NCBI RefSeq assembly: GCF_018977255.1
Contig: NW_024704743.1
Location: 84,446,001 to 84,506,000 of the forward strand
Direction of reading: 5' to 3'
Length of the DNA stretch: 60,000 bases
Origin: Callorhinchus milii
Lineage: Eukaryota
Part shown: piece after piece, positions 1 through 13,768 of the stretch
How the letters are laid out: every line of letters starts with the position of its first letter
Position numbering within the stretch: the first letter of the stretch is position 1
Program-made: the position numbers and the translations under genes
Notes under the pieces: model-generated
Seen by the model: the letters and a program-made list of their open reading frames with translations, nothing else
Databases searched by the model: none
What the model was told of the DNA's origin: nothing

Positions 1-1134
1 CAATCCCTTACAAAATGCAGCCTATGGTTATTAGTATTAGGTTATCCCTCTCCCCTGGGTGAGGTTTAATCTACTTTGACATGTATTCGTGAAGAAATGA
101 CATGGCACTCTTTAGCTAAAGTACAATAAATGAATTAAGTGCATCTTTTCCAGAGCACAGGGCTTACAGTAAAAAATCACTACAGAATCAATGGAGCAAT
201 CCTTTTAAAAATGCAGAGTATGGCTTGTAATCAGGTATTACCTATTTTCTATTAAATACTGCATGGATTTTATTTTAGAGATGCACAGATCTTGTTCAAT
301 GATCTTGTTTGACGCCTTCTAAAGCAATGAACAAACGGAGGCACTAGAGTTTTGATACATTTAAAAAGAGCGCAGACGACAGTCACCATCCCCTTCATTC
401 ACCTTGATGGGATGAGTGTGTTGCAGTATAAATGATGATCACAATCGTTTCAAACGCTAGCGTAGCTCTGAAGCTTGAACACAGATTGTGGGGGATGGGG
501 TGGTGGGGGAGCCAAATCCTGCACTTTATTGACCTTCCAAAGCTCAGCCAACTGAGAAACCCAGAGTCTAAATCAGTTTCAGTTGCATAGGACCCATGTT
601 AAAACAGAAGCTAAACTTCAGGTAGTTATCAAGTGAGTGTCATGCTTACCAGTTACACTTAACCAGAAGGAGGACAAGACACAGAGGAGTAGGATTTTAG
701 AAGAAAAAGTTCTTCCTATAAGTGTACGAGTGCAGTATGTCATGTTATAATCAATGTGACAATTATCACAAAAACACCAATTTGATAATTGTTATATTAA
801 ATCTGTTTGGAAATGTCCTATATATCCCTAAAGATTGGCTGTGCAACTATCTATTAGTTGCTATCCTGTTTACAGCTCGATTGAAGCACGTATCTCTGAC
901 AACAGGAGCAACAATCGAGCAGAGAATTCTTTGGGCTCTAACATTATGCCAAGCCAGAGGGAGATGACACTAAAATATTCTCAAAATGAATCCAACCAAC
1001 CATTCTTTGGGAATAGATGGGAAGATGCTATGTTTCCTAACAGATTTGATACCATACCGCATCTGCTAGGAAAGATTATCTTTTTCACTGCTGTTGAGTG
1101 TTGTCGAAATGATTTGAGCATCTTTCCATTGTTA

Positions 1135-1416
1135 ATTCCTATGCTCCACCACCTGTTTCATGTCCTCCGCCCCTCTGCCCTACCCCACTGGTGGTAGAGC
1201 TTTAAATCACCTTGTCCCAATCTCTAAAACTCTCTTCCAAAATCTTTTTCATTCCCTCCCTCCCTATCCATTTTCCCAATATCTCCTTTGACTGTGACTT
1301 TGGCCACCTCCTTCCTGGTGCCACCCTGCCACCCATCCAACTCAGGCTCCCACTCTATCTCTGTGAAGTGCTTTGAGACATTCTGAATGGCATGACACAA
1401 ATGCAAATTGTTGTTG
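1135..1416 (+). mobile_element. Old L2-clade LINE 3' fragment
   Basis: Pyrimidine-rich body ending gtgaagtgctttgagaca...aaatgcaaattgttgttg, similar to the other L2 3' ends in the window. Confidence 0.55.
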
Positions 1417-3190
1417 CTAATGCAGTTGTAAAATTATAATTAAAATACCATATGTCGCCCATAATAAAATTCACATAGAAGTATCAAAACAAAGACAGAC
1501 TTGTTTATTAAACAAGCAACAACTTCATGAACCATCAAATTTACACACATTTATACATTAATAGCATCAATTAGGTACCCTTATTAGAGATTAGCAAGTT
1601 CAACAGTTTAACATGCTCTGTTGTCAAATTTAGCAAATACCAACAACTTGAGAAGGGAGAGGCAAAGTGCTTCCTCTCAGGGATGGAGTCAGAGGTCAAG
1701 TCAGCACAGAAAGCTGCTGTGTACCTGGCTCAGGAGTACATTGTTTAGAGGTTTGTAAATAAGTCACTTCGCTATTCTCCCAGCTGGGGATTGTCATGTA
1801 GTACATGGGAAACACTTGTCAGGTATTCAGGACATAATTTGCAGTCTGACTGATTCCACCCACACCCATTAACCCGGATGTTAGCATTTGTTCTACATTA
1901 ACTCGGCTCTCTCAAAGGGTTGGCTCAATAACGCTTCCAAGACTGTACCTCCTCCACCCCACCCCCTTCAACAAGCTTAAAATAAATGCTTTTTTAAAAA
2001 TCAACAAAAGGAGGTTGAGAGCAAAAAGAAAGGATGGTGATAATTCTTTGTGAAGTTTTTTTAAGAGCTCTTGAAAGTGAAGACCCCTCTTTAAACTAGT
2101 TTGCTGTGCCTCTGCCAAGCTCTTACCTTTCCCAGGTTGCTAGCCAAAGGGGCGGACTGGCCAAAGGTGGCAAACATACAGCTATTTTAAAAAGTCATCT
2201 ATACGTCAGCCATCTGTTTCTTTCCTGGCGTAACTATCAAGTAATTTAACTTGTAATTATTTTTTTAAAATGACTAAAAAGTCTCCAACAAAACGACCTT
2301 GGATAACGCCCCAGCACTCCAGTGGTTGGTTCCAGGTCACAGAGTTGGCGAGCTGCCCACTGTAGTACTTGCACAGCATTAGAAGGATTCCTAAAATAAG
2401 AGCAAACACCTTCAGGTCACTTTCACACTGAAGTGGGAGGGGAAAGCAGGATGCTGGACTCAAGCATCACATTGAACTGCTCATAATACAGAAATGACAG
2501 TGGTTGTTCAAAACCCAACGTGAGTATGGACATTGCACGTGAATTATATTGTACCAGACTGGCCCATTATTGTACACAAGAGGCATTAGATATGCAATTC
2601 ATTGGTCATCCTTGAGCATCATCATATTCAAAGTCAGTTTTAGTGGGCTTTGAATGCCCTATCATAATATTAAAAGATCGATTTGTATGTAGAAAAGTAT
2701 TACCCTGCGCATTCATAAGTAGCCAGTCTCCACATATTGCTATATGGAAGGTCATGCAATGATTGTTGTCATTTGAATTGTGCCAGTTTTCCAAAATTTT
2801 ATAACAAGGCAAGAGCCGTGTGAAGCCTATTTGTTTGTTCTTGATTCATGAGAGCCTTATATTGCCCTTTGATCAACTGATGCTATTGCTGTAATCTCTC
2901 CTGCTCATGGCCTGACTAAAACCCAAGTGAAAGCTGACTATCACAAAAATATAAGAAAGGTTCAGATGAAGAAAGGCCCTTCAGCCTATTTGATCTCATC
3001 TTTCCAGAATGACCATCCTACAGTCGCCTCATCATAATACAATATAATACAAATCACTAAATTTGCATTTTCTTATAGCGTCTGTCACAGTCAGCCTTTC
3101 ACTTTTGTTCCTTAGTTCAACGTCCTAAGGCACTTAAACAGATCACACTATCAAGCTGTTTTTGCAGTGAATCCGGCACCTGGTCTCAAC

Positions 3191-3599
3191 CAATAACAAC
3201 AAATTACATTTGTATAGTGCCTTTCACATTGGGAGGATGTCTCAAGGTGCTGGACAGTTAGGTATTCAGACCTGATCAGGGGTTTGGGATCAGGAGGGGT
3301 GGAGGGCAAGGAAGGTAGGTGTAGGAGGGTGACTGAAGGCGCGGTCGAAGAGGAGGGTTCTTGAGACAGGTCTCGAAGGAGCCAAGGGAGGCATCGAGGT
3401 GAAGGAACTGTTGGATGGAGTTCCAAACGGTACGGGCAGTGAGGCTGAAGGTCCGACTGCTTATGTTGGGGTGGGGTGGGCATGGGACAGGCAGTGGGAA
3501 CGGACAGGTTGATATGGGGTTAGCAGGTCACAGAGGTAAGGAGGAACAAGGCTGTGGTGGAGAATTTTGAACTCTATCCACTGGGGGATGGGGAGCCAG
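3191..3599 (-). mobile_element. L2-clade LINE 3' fragment
   Basis: On the + strand it reads caataacaacaaattacatttgtatagtgcctttcac followed by a G-rich body, colinear with 38561-39010. Confidence 0.85.
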
Positions 3600-4732
3600 G
3601 AACTACCCTTCCTGGTAGCCATTATGATTAATTACCATCTAGGTATATAGATACTTCCTAGTGTCTATTCCAGCAAACAGAACTCAGCAGAACAGTCCAC
3701 AGTAATCTAGGCCCAGCCTGATTGGAGCACTGTACAGTTTGAGTATAATTTCTGAGGATATGAACTCAACTGGTTTGACAATATAGTCCAGAATCTTGAT
3801 CACCTTGTTTATTGCTACCTCACACTGAGTCAACAATATCAGCACATTAAATTTCTGTCGTTCCAGAAGTCAGGGATGGCATATTTAGTTGAAGAGTAAT
3901 GCTTCTGTTAGTCTGCCTCACGGCCAGTGATTTGCTGAACACTGTTTGATTTTAGTTTAGTTCTCAGGAATATTTCAGCAGCTTTTACAAAACGGACACT
4001 TAAAATTGAGTATTTTATTAATGGGCTTCCTAATGACTCATGTGGAGTATAAACACCAGAACAGACTAGTTGGGCTAAATGGCTTGTTCCTGTGCTGTAC
4101 AGTATACAATAGAAAATCATGACTCCTTCCAGTAACAGGCAGTACATCACACCAATAGATCACACCAATTTGTGGGAACTTCACTTCAATGGGATCTAAT
4201 TAGGAGCAGAGTACCCACTGGTGATGAGAATCCTGTGAAAAATGTAATAAGGAATCCCATTAATCCACAAATTAGAACCAATAATTGTTTCTCCAATAAA
4301 ATATCAGCCAAAGGTAAAACACTAAATGGGCCAAATAAAGGTAAAGTATATATAAAAAGTGTATTATATGATGTACTAATCAAGTGAATAGATCCAAACT
4401 TTAGTATATGATAAACAAATATTATATTCTATCTGGCCAATGTTACTTAGGTCATAAATTTAAGATCTTTACCAAAAAGGGAAGGTTGATATATTATTTT
4501 ACACAGAGGGCTATTAGGACATGAAATGCTCCATGAACAATGATGGTTGAAATGGATCCATTGTAGTTTTTAAAATGAAATTGGACAAAGAAGGCAAACT
4601 ATTAAAGGGATCAGGAAAAGGCACTGGAGTGTGACTAAGCAGATAACACTGACAGAAAGCCAACACAGCCATGACAGTCAAATGGTCTTCCTTGGTGGAA
4701 ATATCATAATTGGCAAAAACCAACTACCTGCC

Positions 4733-4929
4733 CAAATTCTATCCTATCTTAATTTGTAAAACCATTTTGTCTTGAAATTCAAGATTGCACAGAATTTGGA
4801 TTTCTTAAATTCAGTCTAAATTTGGAACTTCGTTCCTTTTTAAGCATTGCAGAATCAAGAGTAGAAATTAAGAGCAAATTTGACTATTTTCCATTATTCT
4901 GTGCAATCTTAAAGTTCAAGACAATATGG
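4733..4929. mobile_element. Palindromic MITE-like element, arm type A
   Basis: ccattttgtcttgaaattcaagattgcacagaat (4762-4795) is the reverse complement of attctgtgcaatcttaaagttcaagacaatatgg (4896-4929) with 3 mismatches. Related copies occur elsewhere in the window. Confidence 0.8.
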
Positions 4930-4933
4930 GGGA

Positions 4934-5102
4934 GAAATTCCACCTGGGTCTAGATTTACTCTATGTATGCAACATTTCAGATTTGTCCAGCAGGTTTTCT
5001 GTAAGTTCTTCAAAGCACCATGAAAAACTGACATTAAAGTTAAGACCTGGAAGCTCTGAAATACTACACAAATAGACTAAATCTAGATCCAGGTGGAATT
5101 TC
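4934..5102. mobile_element. Palindromic MITE-like element, arm type B
   Basis: 31-bp terminal inverted repeats gaaattccacctgggtctagatttactctat / atagactaaatctagatccaggtggaatttc (2 mismatches), with weaker symmetry continuing to ~50 bp. Confidence 0.85.
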
Positions 5103-5527
5103 ATCACTATAGGTTTACCAGCTAATACTATGTGAAATTGCAACCCTTATTGAGGTAAACTTGTAATGTTTTATAATGTGTTCCATGTTATCACATTGAA
5201 CGGGTTATGAAACATTGCTAATTTACCCTCGTCCCACATGCTTTTGTTCTGTTATGGAGTCTTTTGAATCTTTTTTGAAAAGCTTTTTTGTATTTTTTTT
5301 GAAGCAGTGAAAAGAATCACTCAAGTAGTGATAATGAGTTTTTGTGTTCAAAACCAGAATAGGAGAATCAGCTGAGGAGATGATTGTAAAATGTAGAAGC
5401 CAAAAATTAAACATAATCTAAAGAATAGTGTCTTCATGGTGAGAGGCATTGATTTATGGAAGCAACTGACACCTAGTATAGTTATAGTGAATTCTGCTGA
5501 CACAATCTTCATCCTTCATCTTCTAAA

Positions 5528-5842
5528 GGCCATCCTTCGGATAAGACATTAAACTGAGGTGGACGTTAAAGATTCCATGACACTATTTAAAAAGAAAAGT
5601 GAGTTCCTCCTGTTGTGCTGCTCAACAATTCCACCCCCCCGCCCCCTCCCGCCCCCCAACCTCAGATAAAATTGGTCTTTCATTACAAGGTTGCTTGTGG
5701 GACTTTGTTGGACACAAGAGTAACTGCCATGTTTGCCTACCAAATACGCAGTCACTTTACAGTTCATCCTGTGAAGCACTTTGAAATGTCCTCCTGACAT
5801 GAAATATGTTATATTAAATGCAAGGATGATTATTATTATTAT
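5528..5842 (+). mobile_element. DeuSINE (SacSINE1/AmnSINE1-like) fragment
   Basis: ggacgttaaagattccatgacactattt...tgtgggactttg...gtgaagcactttg...aaatgcaaggatgattattatt; Deu-like central domain plus L2-type tail. Confidence 0.75.
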
Positions 5843-7529
5843 CAGTAATAATCTATAAATAATTGCATAATTTCTTACATTGAGTGGAACATGATTTCTT
5901 ACAATGGCCATTTCTTACAATGGTCAGGTGGAATCCCAAGAGAGTTCCTGGAGACTTAATCTGGAGCTCACCAGTGTGCAGTTTAGATGCAGCTCATTTA
6001 ATTAGATGGCGGGAAACATTTGAAACAGATTACCATGGTGGTGGTGGAGGAAGGTTGTATGAGCACATTCAGGAGGGAATCGCACAGCTATCTGTTGAAA
6101 ATAATGATCAAGGGGTATGGGAGCAAGAGTATTGCAGGAATTTATCACCACAATGTTTTTCCTTGTCCTGTACATTTTTATTTTCCTCAGGTTAACCTGG
6201 ATTGTCTGAAAAGACCTTTCTCACTCCTACATTTCACCCACAAAAATACACAGTCACTCTACTTTACAGGATTATCTATGAAGCACTTTGAGGCATCTGG
6301 AAGATGTGATGAGGCACAATATGTAATATCAAATGTAAGGATTATTATTATTGTTACATATTTAGATTTTTTTGTGAGGAATGGGTAAATAGACTTAGGA
6401 TTGCAAAGGGCAATTTAGGGACAGATGCCAGGAAGTAGTTCTCAACCTGGACCAGAATAGGTTTTCAGAAAGTGTGGTTGTGGCCAGGATACTGGATTCA
6501 TTTTTAAAAAAAACAGCTTGTTACTGTGATGGGAAGATGGTAGGGTGGGTGTTTTGGAACAATGAGATCAAATGGGCCAAAGGGCTGCTTCATCCAAACT
6601 TCTCTTGTGATCTTGTGTTGTGCTAATAAGTTGTTCACATCATCAGCAGAGGTAATTCAGGTCAAATAATGCTAAATTACTAGAATCAGCTAGAATTTAA
6701 CTGGTTTGACTGTAGCTGATCAGACTACAGAGTGGAAAGGTACAATGAATAAATCAAGTGAAAAGGCAACTCTTCAAACAAAGTCAGTATTTTGTGGACA
6801 CCATGATGTGTGGGGGGAACACTGTTCTGTGGACACCATGGTGTGTGACGGGAAGAGAGGGTGGCACACTTTTGTGGTCACTTTTTCTCCACATTGGGGA
6901 GAATAAACATGGTGATTGTTTGTCATTTGATGTGCAGATTTCAGTGAGGGAGGGGTACACATCTGAAGAGGTTGTTCTGGCCAGCTTCCTTCATTGTCCT
7001 GAAGTTAAATGCAGGAGGCTGAACTAAGTACCAGAACTTTGAAGTCTAACTGGCTTTTTACATCCGGTTGAACAAAATCAAAGTTCTCTTAGTCTTTCCA
7101 ATGGCTTTTCCATTTTGTTTGGATCTACTTTTTCATGTTTCATACCTCAAACAAAGTGGAGAATGAAAAATTACACAGGGTCATAAATGAATGCTTATTA
7201 CATCTTTTATTATGGATAAGTAAGGCAATGGCATAATTTAATAGATGTTAACTTGACATAGAAGGAGGTACTGATACGTATCACATTAGTATATGGCAAG
7301 GAGCAAAGTATTTAAGTAACCATTATGTCACAATTCAGGACAAATTTTCAATAAACATTGGTTCATTGTATAGTAATATATTGCCAGGTAGATCCCTCTG
7401 AAAACACAGATTAAATAAATATTTGCAGAATGAACCTCCTGTGGGAGTAGTATAAAAGTTTGGTATGAATTGGTGCCATTGGTTGTGTGGCCAACTGATC
7501 ACTTAAAGAGGTCCACCTAGAATTTATAA

Positions 7530-7865
7530 TATCAATAATTCTTACATTTGATGTAGGCCTATATTTCTTAAACATCATAAACACCTCACAGAGTTTAATG
7601 ACTGGATTTGTAGATAAACATAGCAGCCAATTTGCACACAGTTTACATTTAGCAGACAGCATACATTGCAAATAACAATGAAGTGAATTATCTGGAGAGT
7701 TGTTGGCCAGAGCAAGCTAGAATAACACCATTGCATCTTTAACTTCCCCCTGAACAGACAGACAGGGCCTCAGTTTAATATCTCATCCAAAGAGTGGGAT
7801 CAATGACAATGAATGAGAGCCTAGACTACAAGCTCAAAGTCCCAAAGTGGGGTTTGTACGCACAA
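7530..7865 (-). mobile_element. Old DeuSINE-like copy
   Basis: Contains gcagccaatttgcacacag, gttggccag and cagggcctcagtttaatatctcatcc, matching the reverse complement of the Deu-family consensus seen elsewhere in the window. Confidence 0.65.
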
Positions 7866-7869
7866 CCAT

Positions 7870-8368
7870 TAATAATCCTTGCATTTGGTATAGTGCCATA
7901 ACACATCATCGAGACATCACAAAGTGCTTCACAGTATATATTGTAAAGAGCATTGCCTGTGTGTTTTGTGGGCAAAATAGGGCAACCTGTTTGTGCACAG
8001 CATTGTCCCACAAATAGCCATGGAGTGAGTGACCAATTTTATTGGGGATTGTTGGCCAGGGCACAGGGAGAACAACCACAAAATACAACAATATTACATT
8101 TGTATAGCGCCTTTCACGTCAGGAGGACATCTTAAGGTGCTGGACAGTCAGTGTTTCAGAAACTTCCTTCTCTTTTCGAATAGTGCCATGGGATCTTTAA
8201 CATCCACTTGAACAAGAGACGGTTTAACATCTCATTCGAAGGACGGATTCTCTGACAATGCAACATCCCCCCAGCACTGCATTGGAGTATCAGGTTAGAC
8301 TATGTGATTCCAAGTCCACAACCTTTTGACTCAGAGGCAAGAGTGCTACCACTGGGCTAGGCTAACAC
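7870..8368 (-). mobile_element. Near full-length DeuSINE-like copy containing an inserted L2 tail (~8073-8155)
   Basis: Runs from the tail (taataatccttgcatttg) through the Deu domain to a tRNA-like head (ttttgactcagaggcaagagtgctaccactg). It is interrupted by caacaatattacatttgtatagcgcctttcacgtcaggaggac. Confidence 0.8.
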
Positions 8369-8616
8369 ATGACATCTTCTGACCTAGATGCTGTAAACTG
8401 ACACAACATCACTTGTATTGAATTAGATGTCATTGTGAGACTCAGTTATCTCGTTGTATCTAGATGAGTTTGGAATGAGTGGTTTGAATTAAACTTGAAA
8501 GGTTAAAATTAAATTCAACCTAAAGTGATAAACGATGAAGGTGGCTACCTCTTTAAATATATTCTTTGGAAAGATTTTTTGTTGGTGAAATCTACAATAA
8601 CCTCAGCATCTTCAGG

Positions 8617-11263
8617 ATGTATTCGGGAGAGATATGGAAAAAAAAAGGAGTGGGGTTGGAGGTGTGACAATATTGATTAAAGACACGGTTACGGCCCTAG
8701 AAAGGGACGATGTGCTAGATAGAAGGTCCAAAAAGATAATCTATTTAGAGTTAAGGAGCAGAAAAGGAGCTGTTACTCTGTTAGGTGTTTACTATAGACC
8801 TGCAAATAGTGGGAAGGAGATAGACGAGAAAATCTGCCAGCAGATTTCAGAAAGACGCAAAACCAATATCGTAACATAGACTGGCAAAATAACAGTATAA
8901 AGGACAAGGAGGGGGAAGGATTCCTGAAATGTGTGCAGGATAACTTTCTGGATCAGTATATTTCCAGCCCAACAAGAAAGGAAGCAGCGCTGGATCTAGT
9001 TCTGGGGAATGAAGTGTGTCAAGTAAAGCAGGTTTCAGTTGGAGAGCATCTGGACAACAATGATCACAACATCATTAGGTTTAGAGTACTTATGGAAAGG
9101 GACAAGGAACAATCAAAAATGAAGATTCTCAACTGCAAGAGGGCTCATTTCAGTGAGTTAAAAAGGGGCTTAGCCAAGGTGGACTGGAAAGAAAGATTGG
9201 CAAGTAAAACAGCTAACGAGCAATGGGAAACCTTCAAGGAGGAGATAATTCAGGGACCAAGGGAAATGGTAGCTCATCCAAACCTCCCTGGATGAATAAG
9301 GAAATTGGGATTAAAATAAAACAGAAAAAGGAGGCGTATGATAAATGTCAGGTCCAAAATACAGAAGATAATCAAATAGAATTTGGAAAGTACAGAGAAG
9401 AACTGAAGAAGGGAATAAGAGGGGCAAAAAGATTGTATGAGAAAAGATTAGTAGGTAACATAAAAGGCAAACCTAAGGTATTTTATAAGCATATAAAGAA
9501 TAAAAGGTTAGTCAAAGGTAGGGTGGGTCCAATTAGGGACTAAAGAAGAAAACTTCTTGTGGAGGCAGAGGGCATGGCTGACATACTGAATGAGTACTTT
9601 GCATCTGTCGTCACAAAAGAAGAGGATGCAGCCAATCCCACAGTATTGGAGGAGAGGGTAGAGAAATTGGATAAGATAAGAATAAACCAATAGGAGGTAC
9701 TAAAAAGGTTGATGCTGCTCAAGGTAGGTACATCACCCAGTCCGCACGGGATGCATCCTAGGTTACTGAAGGAAGTAAGGGTGGAAATAATGGAGGATCC
9801 GGTCACAATCTTTCAATCATCCTTGGACACTGGGGTAGCGCCAGAGGACTGGAGGGTTGCAAATGTTATTCCCCTGTACAGAAAGGGGCAGAAAGATAAA
9901 CCTGGGAACTACAGGCCAGTCAGGCTAACGTCAGTAGTGGGGAAACTTCTGGAGACTATAATCTGAGACAAAATAAATTTTCACTTAGAAAAATGTGGGT
10001 GAATAAAGGACAGGCAACGTGGGTTTGTTAAAGGCAAATCGTGTCTAACAAACCTGATAGAGTTTTTTGATGAAGTAACGGAAAGTGCAGTTAATGTAGT
10101 TTATATGGATTTTCAAAAGGCGTTTGATAAAGTGCCACATAACAGACTTGTAAGCAAAATAGAAACCCATGGTATTAAAGGAATAGTGGCAGCATGGATA
10201 CAGAACTGGCTGGGAGACAGAAAGCAAGAGAGTGGTGGTGAAGGTTGTTTTCTGACTGGAGGGAAGTGTGCAGTGGTGTCCCCCAGGGATGAGTATTAGG
10301 ACCACTGCTGTTTTTGATCTATATAATTAACCTGGACTTTGGTATAGGGAGTACAATTTCCAAGTTTGCAGATGATACTAAGCTGGGAAAAGTAGTAAAC
10401 AGTGAAGAGGATAGTAGCGGACTGCAAGAGGACATAGACAGACTGGTAAAATGGGCAGACATGTAGCAGATGAAGTTTAATGTGGAAAGATGCAAAGTGA
10501 GGAAGAATGAGGAGAGGCAATATAAGCTGATGGTAGAATCTTAAAGGGGGTGAAGGAACAGAGAGCTGGGGGTTCATATAAATAAATCTTTGAAGGTGGC
10601 ATGACAGTTAGATAAAAATGCATACGGGCTACCAGGCTTTATAAATAGAGGCATAGAACACAAAAGTCAGGAATTTATGATGAACCTTTATAAAACATTG
10701 GTTAGGCCTCAGCTAGAGTACTGTGTTCAGTTTTGGGCACCACATTTTAGGAAGGATGTCAAGGCATTGCAGAGGGTATAAAGGAGATTGACTAGGATGG
10801 TACCTGGAATGAGAGACTCCAGTTAGGAGAAGCTAGAGAAGCTAACATTATTCTCCTTGGAGCAGAGAAGGTTAAGAGAAGACTTAATAGAAGTTTTCAA
10901 AATTATGAGGGGATTCGATAGGGGGAAAAAGGAGAAACTATTTCCGCTGGCGGGTGAGTCGGTAACCCAAGGACACTGACTTAAAATAGTTGTTAAAAGA
11001 AACAGAGGGAAGGTGAGGAGAATTTTTTCACACAGCGAGTTGTTCAGATCTGGAATGCATGGCCTGAAAGGGTGGTGGAAACCGATTCAATAACAACTCT
11101 TAAGAGAGAAGTAGATAATTATTTGGGGAGGACAAGTTTGTAGGGCTATGGGGAGAGAGCAGGGGAGTGGGATTGATTTGGATAGGTCTTTTCAATGATT
11201 CAGCACAGACACAATGAGTCGAATGGTCTCCTTCTGTGCTGTATAACTCTATGATTCTATGAT
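8617..11263 (+). mobile_element. CR1-clade LINE, 5'-truncated, inactivated (ORF2 endonuclease-RT remnant plus 3' UTR)
   Basis: Consecutive ORF pieces carry APE motifs (GVGGVTILIK, LGVYYRPANS, LDLVL, NDH) and RT motifs (PGNYRPVRLTSVVGKLLE, DFQKAFDKVPH, GVPQG-like at ~10275, FADD at 10365-10376). It ends in the CR1-type tail ctctatgattctatgat (11247-11263). In-frame stops (9541, 9691, 9964) and frameshifts are present, and the GDFN endonuclease motif is missing near 8870. Confidence 0.96.
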
Positions 11264-13560
11264 ATCAAGATCTCACACCCGAGTGTTCCTTGTGTAATTT
11301 CACATTGAATGAAAATAACTTTTCAAATGTCAAAACAAGGGACATTAAGAATAAGTGTTTATGACTGTTCCATCTCATAATATGAAAACATTAAGTTGAA
11401 CTTACTTTAATATTTACATTATTAGTGAAGATCTTGTAGGTTGATGGCTCAAATCATGCTAGTGTCCCACTCCTGCCCCATATCCTGTTTATTTTATGAC
11501 TTGACCAAAGGTGTCAATTCATAATTGTGCAATCTTCACTCCCAAACATTAAAGTATGGAGTAAAGTTTACGTCATTTCATAACCCATTCAAGCTTATCA
11601 CTGTTACTTAATTATGTCTGCAAAACAGTGATTCAACACAACATATACAATACAATTTACATTTATATAGCTCCCTTCACATAAGGAGGTCATCACAAAA
11701 CACTTTACACAGTTGTTTGGGCACCCGAGCCAGTGGGTCGGTGGGGGCAGCTGAAGAGGGTGGGGAGGACAAAGATGACTCACTTAATATAGTATGTCGA
11801 GATATTCAATTCTATCCACCTCCTTTGATACTCCCTGCTTAAATCTGGCACCCTTGAATGCAACAGAGAATCAGCACAGGAATGGAGGAAACGGACTTCA
11901 TTCAGTCCATTTCTTCAAATGCCAATCTTCGCCTTGAAAATTGATCTGTAAATCAGAGATTCCTGTGGACTGTACATTGTGTCAAGGATGCAGGGAAGAA
12001 AAGCCTGCATTTTCAAGGCGATCAGCTGATGGCCAGCCTCCCTGTTTGAATGACAGGCTCCTTTGAAAACATTCTTGGAGGACAATAAAAGTGCCTGAGG
12101 TCCACAATACAGCACTGATTCCACATTTCTGTACTTAGAATCTCTAAATCTAAAAAGGGCTATCAGTTACCTCATTCTGTCAAACACACTAAATAATAGT
12201 AATAAATCTTTGCATTTGATGTAGTACCCTATCGCATCATGGATAAGTCTCAAAGAACTTCACGGGATTTTACGATTAAGTGTGATGATTGTCTATTTGT
12301 AGGCACACTAAATATAAAAAGGGCTGTCAACAACAACTAGCAAATTTAGGATAATGTCTCAGAGCACTTCACAAAGAAAGGATCGGGTGGCAAGGAAGGA
12401 ACAGGAGGAGGGAGACGAAGGGGTGACCATAGGGGCAGTCGAAGAGATAGGTTTTAAGGTGGGATTTAAGTTAGATAAAGAGTGGGTGAGGTGGAGGGAT
12501 AGTGGAAGGGAATTGTAGCAGATAGGGGATATCGGTTACCTTGTCTTGTCAGGCTCACTAACTTTCACTAGTCAAATTGTTTTTAAAAGGGTTCTCAATG
12601 GTGTTGCTAATTCTAAAGCATCTGAGTAGTACTTTGCTGTTGCCAATTAAGCAAACCAAGGAAAGTAACAATGTTCAAAGGTTTAAAGCTCATTCAAATT
12701 ATATTGAGGATCTTGTAAATCGTACTACCCAAGATTTTGCTTGTGAAGTGAAAGTTAACAATTACTGCAGACGCACGGATGTAAACATACACGTGGCTTT
12801 GAGGAACACCAGCTGATCAAAGGTTCGGAGGAATATTGGAGACGGCTGGGAGTGGAAGAGAAGTGAAGAAGCTTAAAACTGCCCTGCAGCTATTAATGGG
12901 CAAACACGATCCGTAGTTCGAAGAGACTGTCTCACATGGTGAATGATAGCAGTTGTATAGAGGATTGAATTCAATTTAAAGTGCAAAGAATGCTATCTGA
13001 ATGGGTTGTACCTTTGGGTCATAAAAAGCTTTAAATGATAAGTCACAAAATCACTTTTAAGGTGATGGCAATTAATTGGTTTGACAGTTTTTTAATGTAA
13101 CAAATGAAACCTCAAAAGATGATATTGTCTGGCTTTTCGCCCATTTAAATGCTGCCACCTTACAAAGTGAAATGATGGAAATGAGTAAGTTGTGGTTAAG
13201 CGGGGTGTTCACTAATTAATAGTTACTCATGTTAACTAATGGAGCGTCTGACAATAACCTGCAGTACGTCTCTACCAACCCATGGGATTGCTGTGATCTA
13301 TTTCTGGTGGTTCAGAGTTGGCTTCCTGTGACCTGCTTGTGAAAGCGCTCCAGGATGCTGCCCTGCAAGATGTTGTTGTTGTTGTGACATACTTACTGAT
13401 TACATATTCTGTTAGCAACTCTACTTTTCTATTAGAGAATGTCACTGTGAATTGAGGTTCCCTTTTCCTTTTGAGGGAATCCTTTTCCTATTTATAAACT
13501 TCAAGGTTCATTTTAAAAATGCAGCAACCAATTGATAATTCAGTCATTGTTTGTTTATAC

Positions 13561-13768
13561 AGGCCTGTAGCTCAGTGATTAGAGCACTCACCTCACAAGC
13601 GAGAGACTTGGATTCGATTCCCAGCAGGGCAAAACCTTGGGCAAGTTTCCTTACTCCACACGCCTGATAATAATAATAAATTGGTCACTTCATTGTGAAG
13701 CCCTTTGAGATGTCTAGAAGACGTGAAATGCACTATATCAAATGCAAGGATTATTATTTATTATTATT
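13561..13768 (+). mobile_element. Composite tRNA-derived SINE (young family), internally deleted
   Basis: A box tagctcagtgattag, B box attcgattcc, ccttgggcaagtttccttactccacac, then a jump to the tail gtgaagccctttgagatgtctagaagacgtgaa...aaatgcaaggattattatt. Confidence 0.9.

Noticed and set aside
835..1197. 120-aa ORF
   Set aside because: Non-ATG start, no recognisable domain, and its 3' end runs into an L2 remnant.
2127..2181. Minus-strand 55-nt exon candidate with gtaaga donor
   Set aside because: Weak acceptor, and no recognisable peptide or partner exons.
8634..10299. Active reverse transcriptase gene
   Set aside because: Multiple stops and frameshifts, 5' truncation, and a deleted endonuclease motif.
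13561..13632. tRNA-Val(CAC)-like sequences (also at 27985, 35915-35985, 52135-52208, 53540-53603)
   Set aside because: They are SINE heads: the acceptor stem is imperfect and each continues into the same SINE body.
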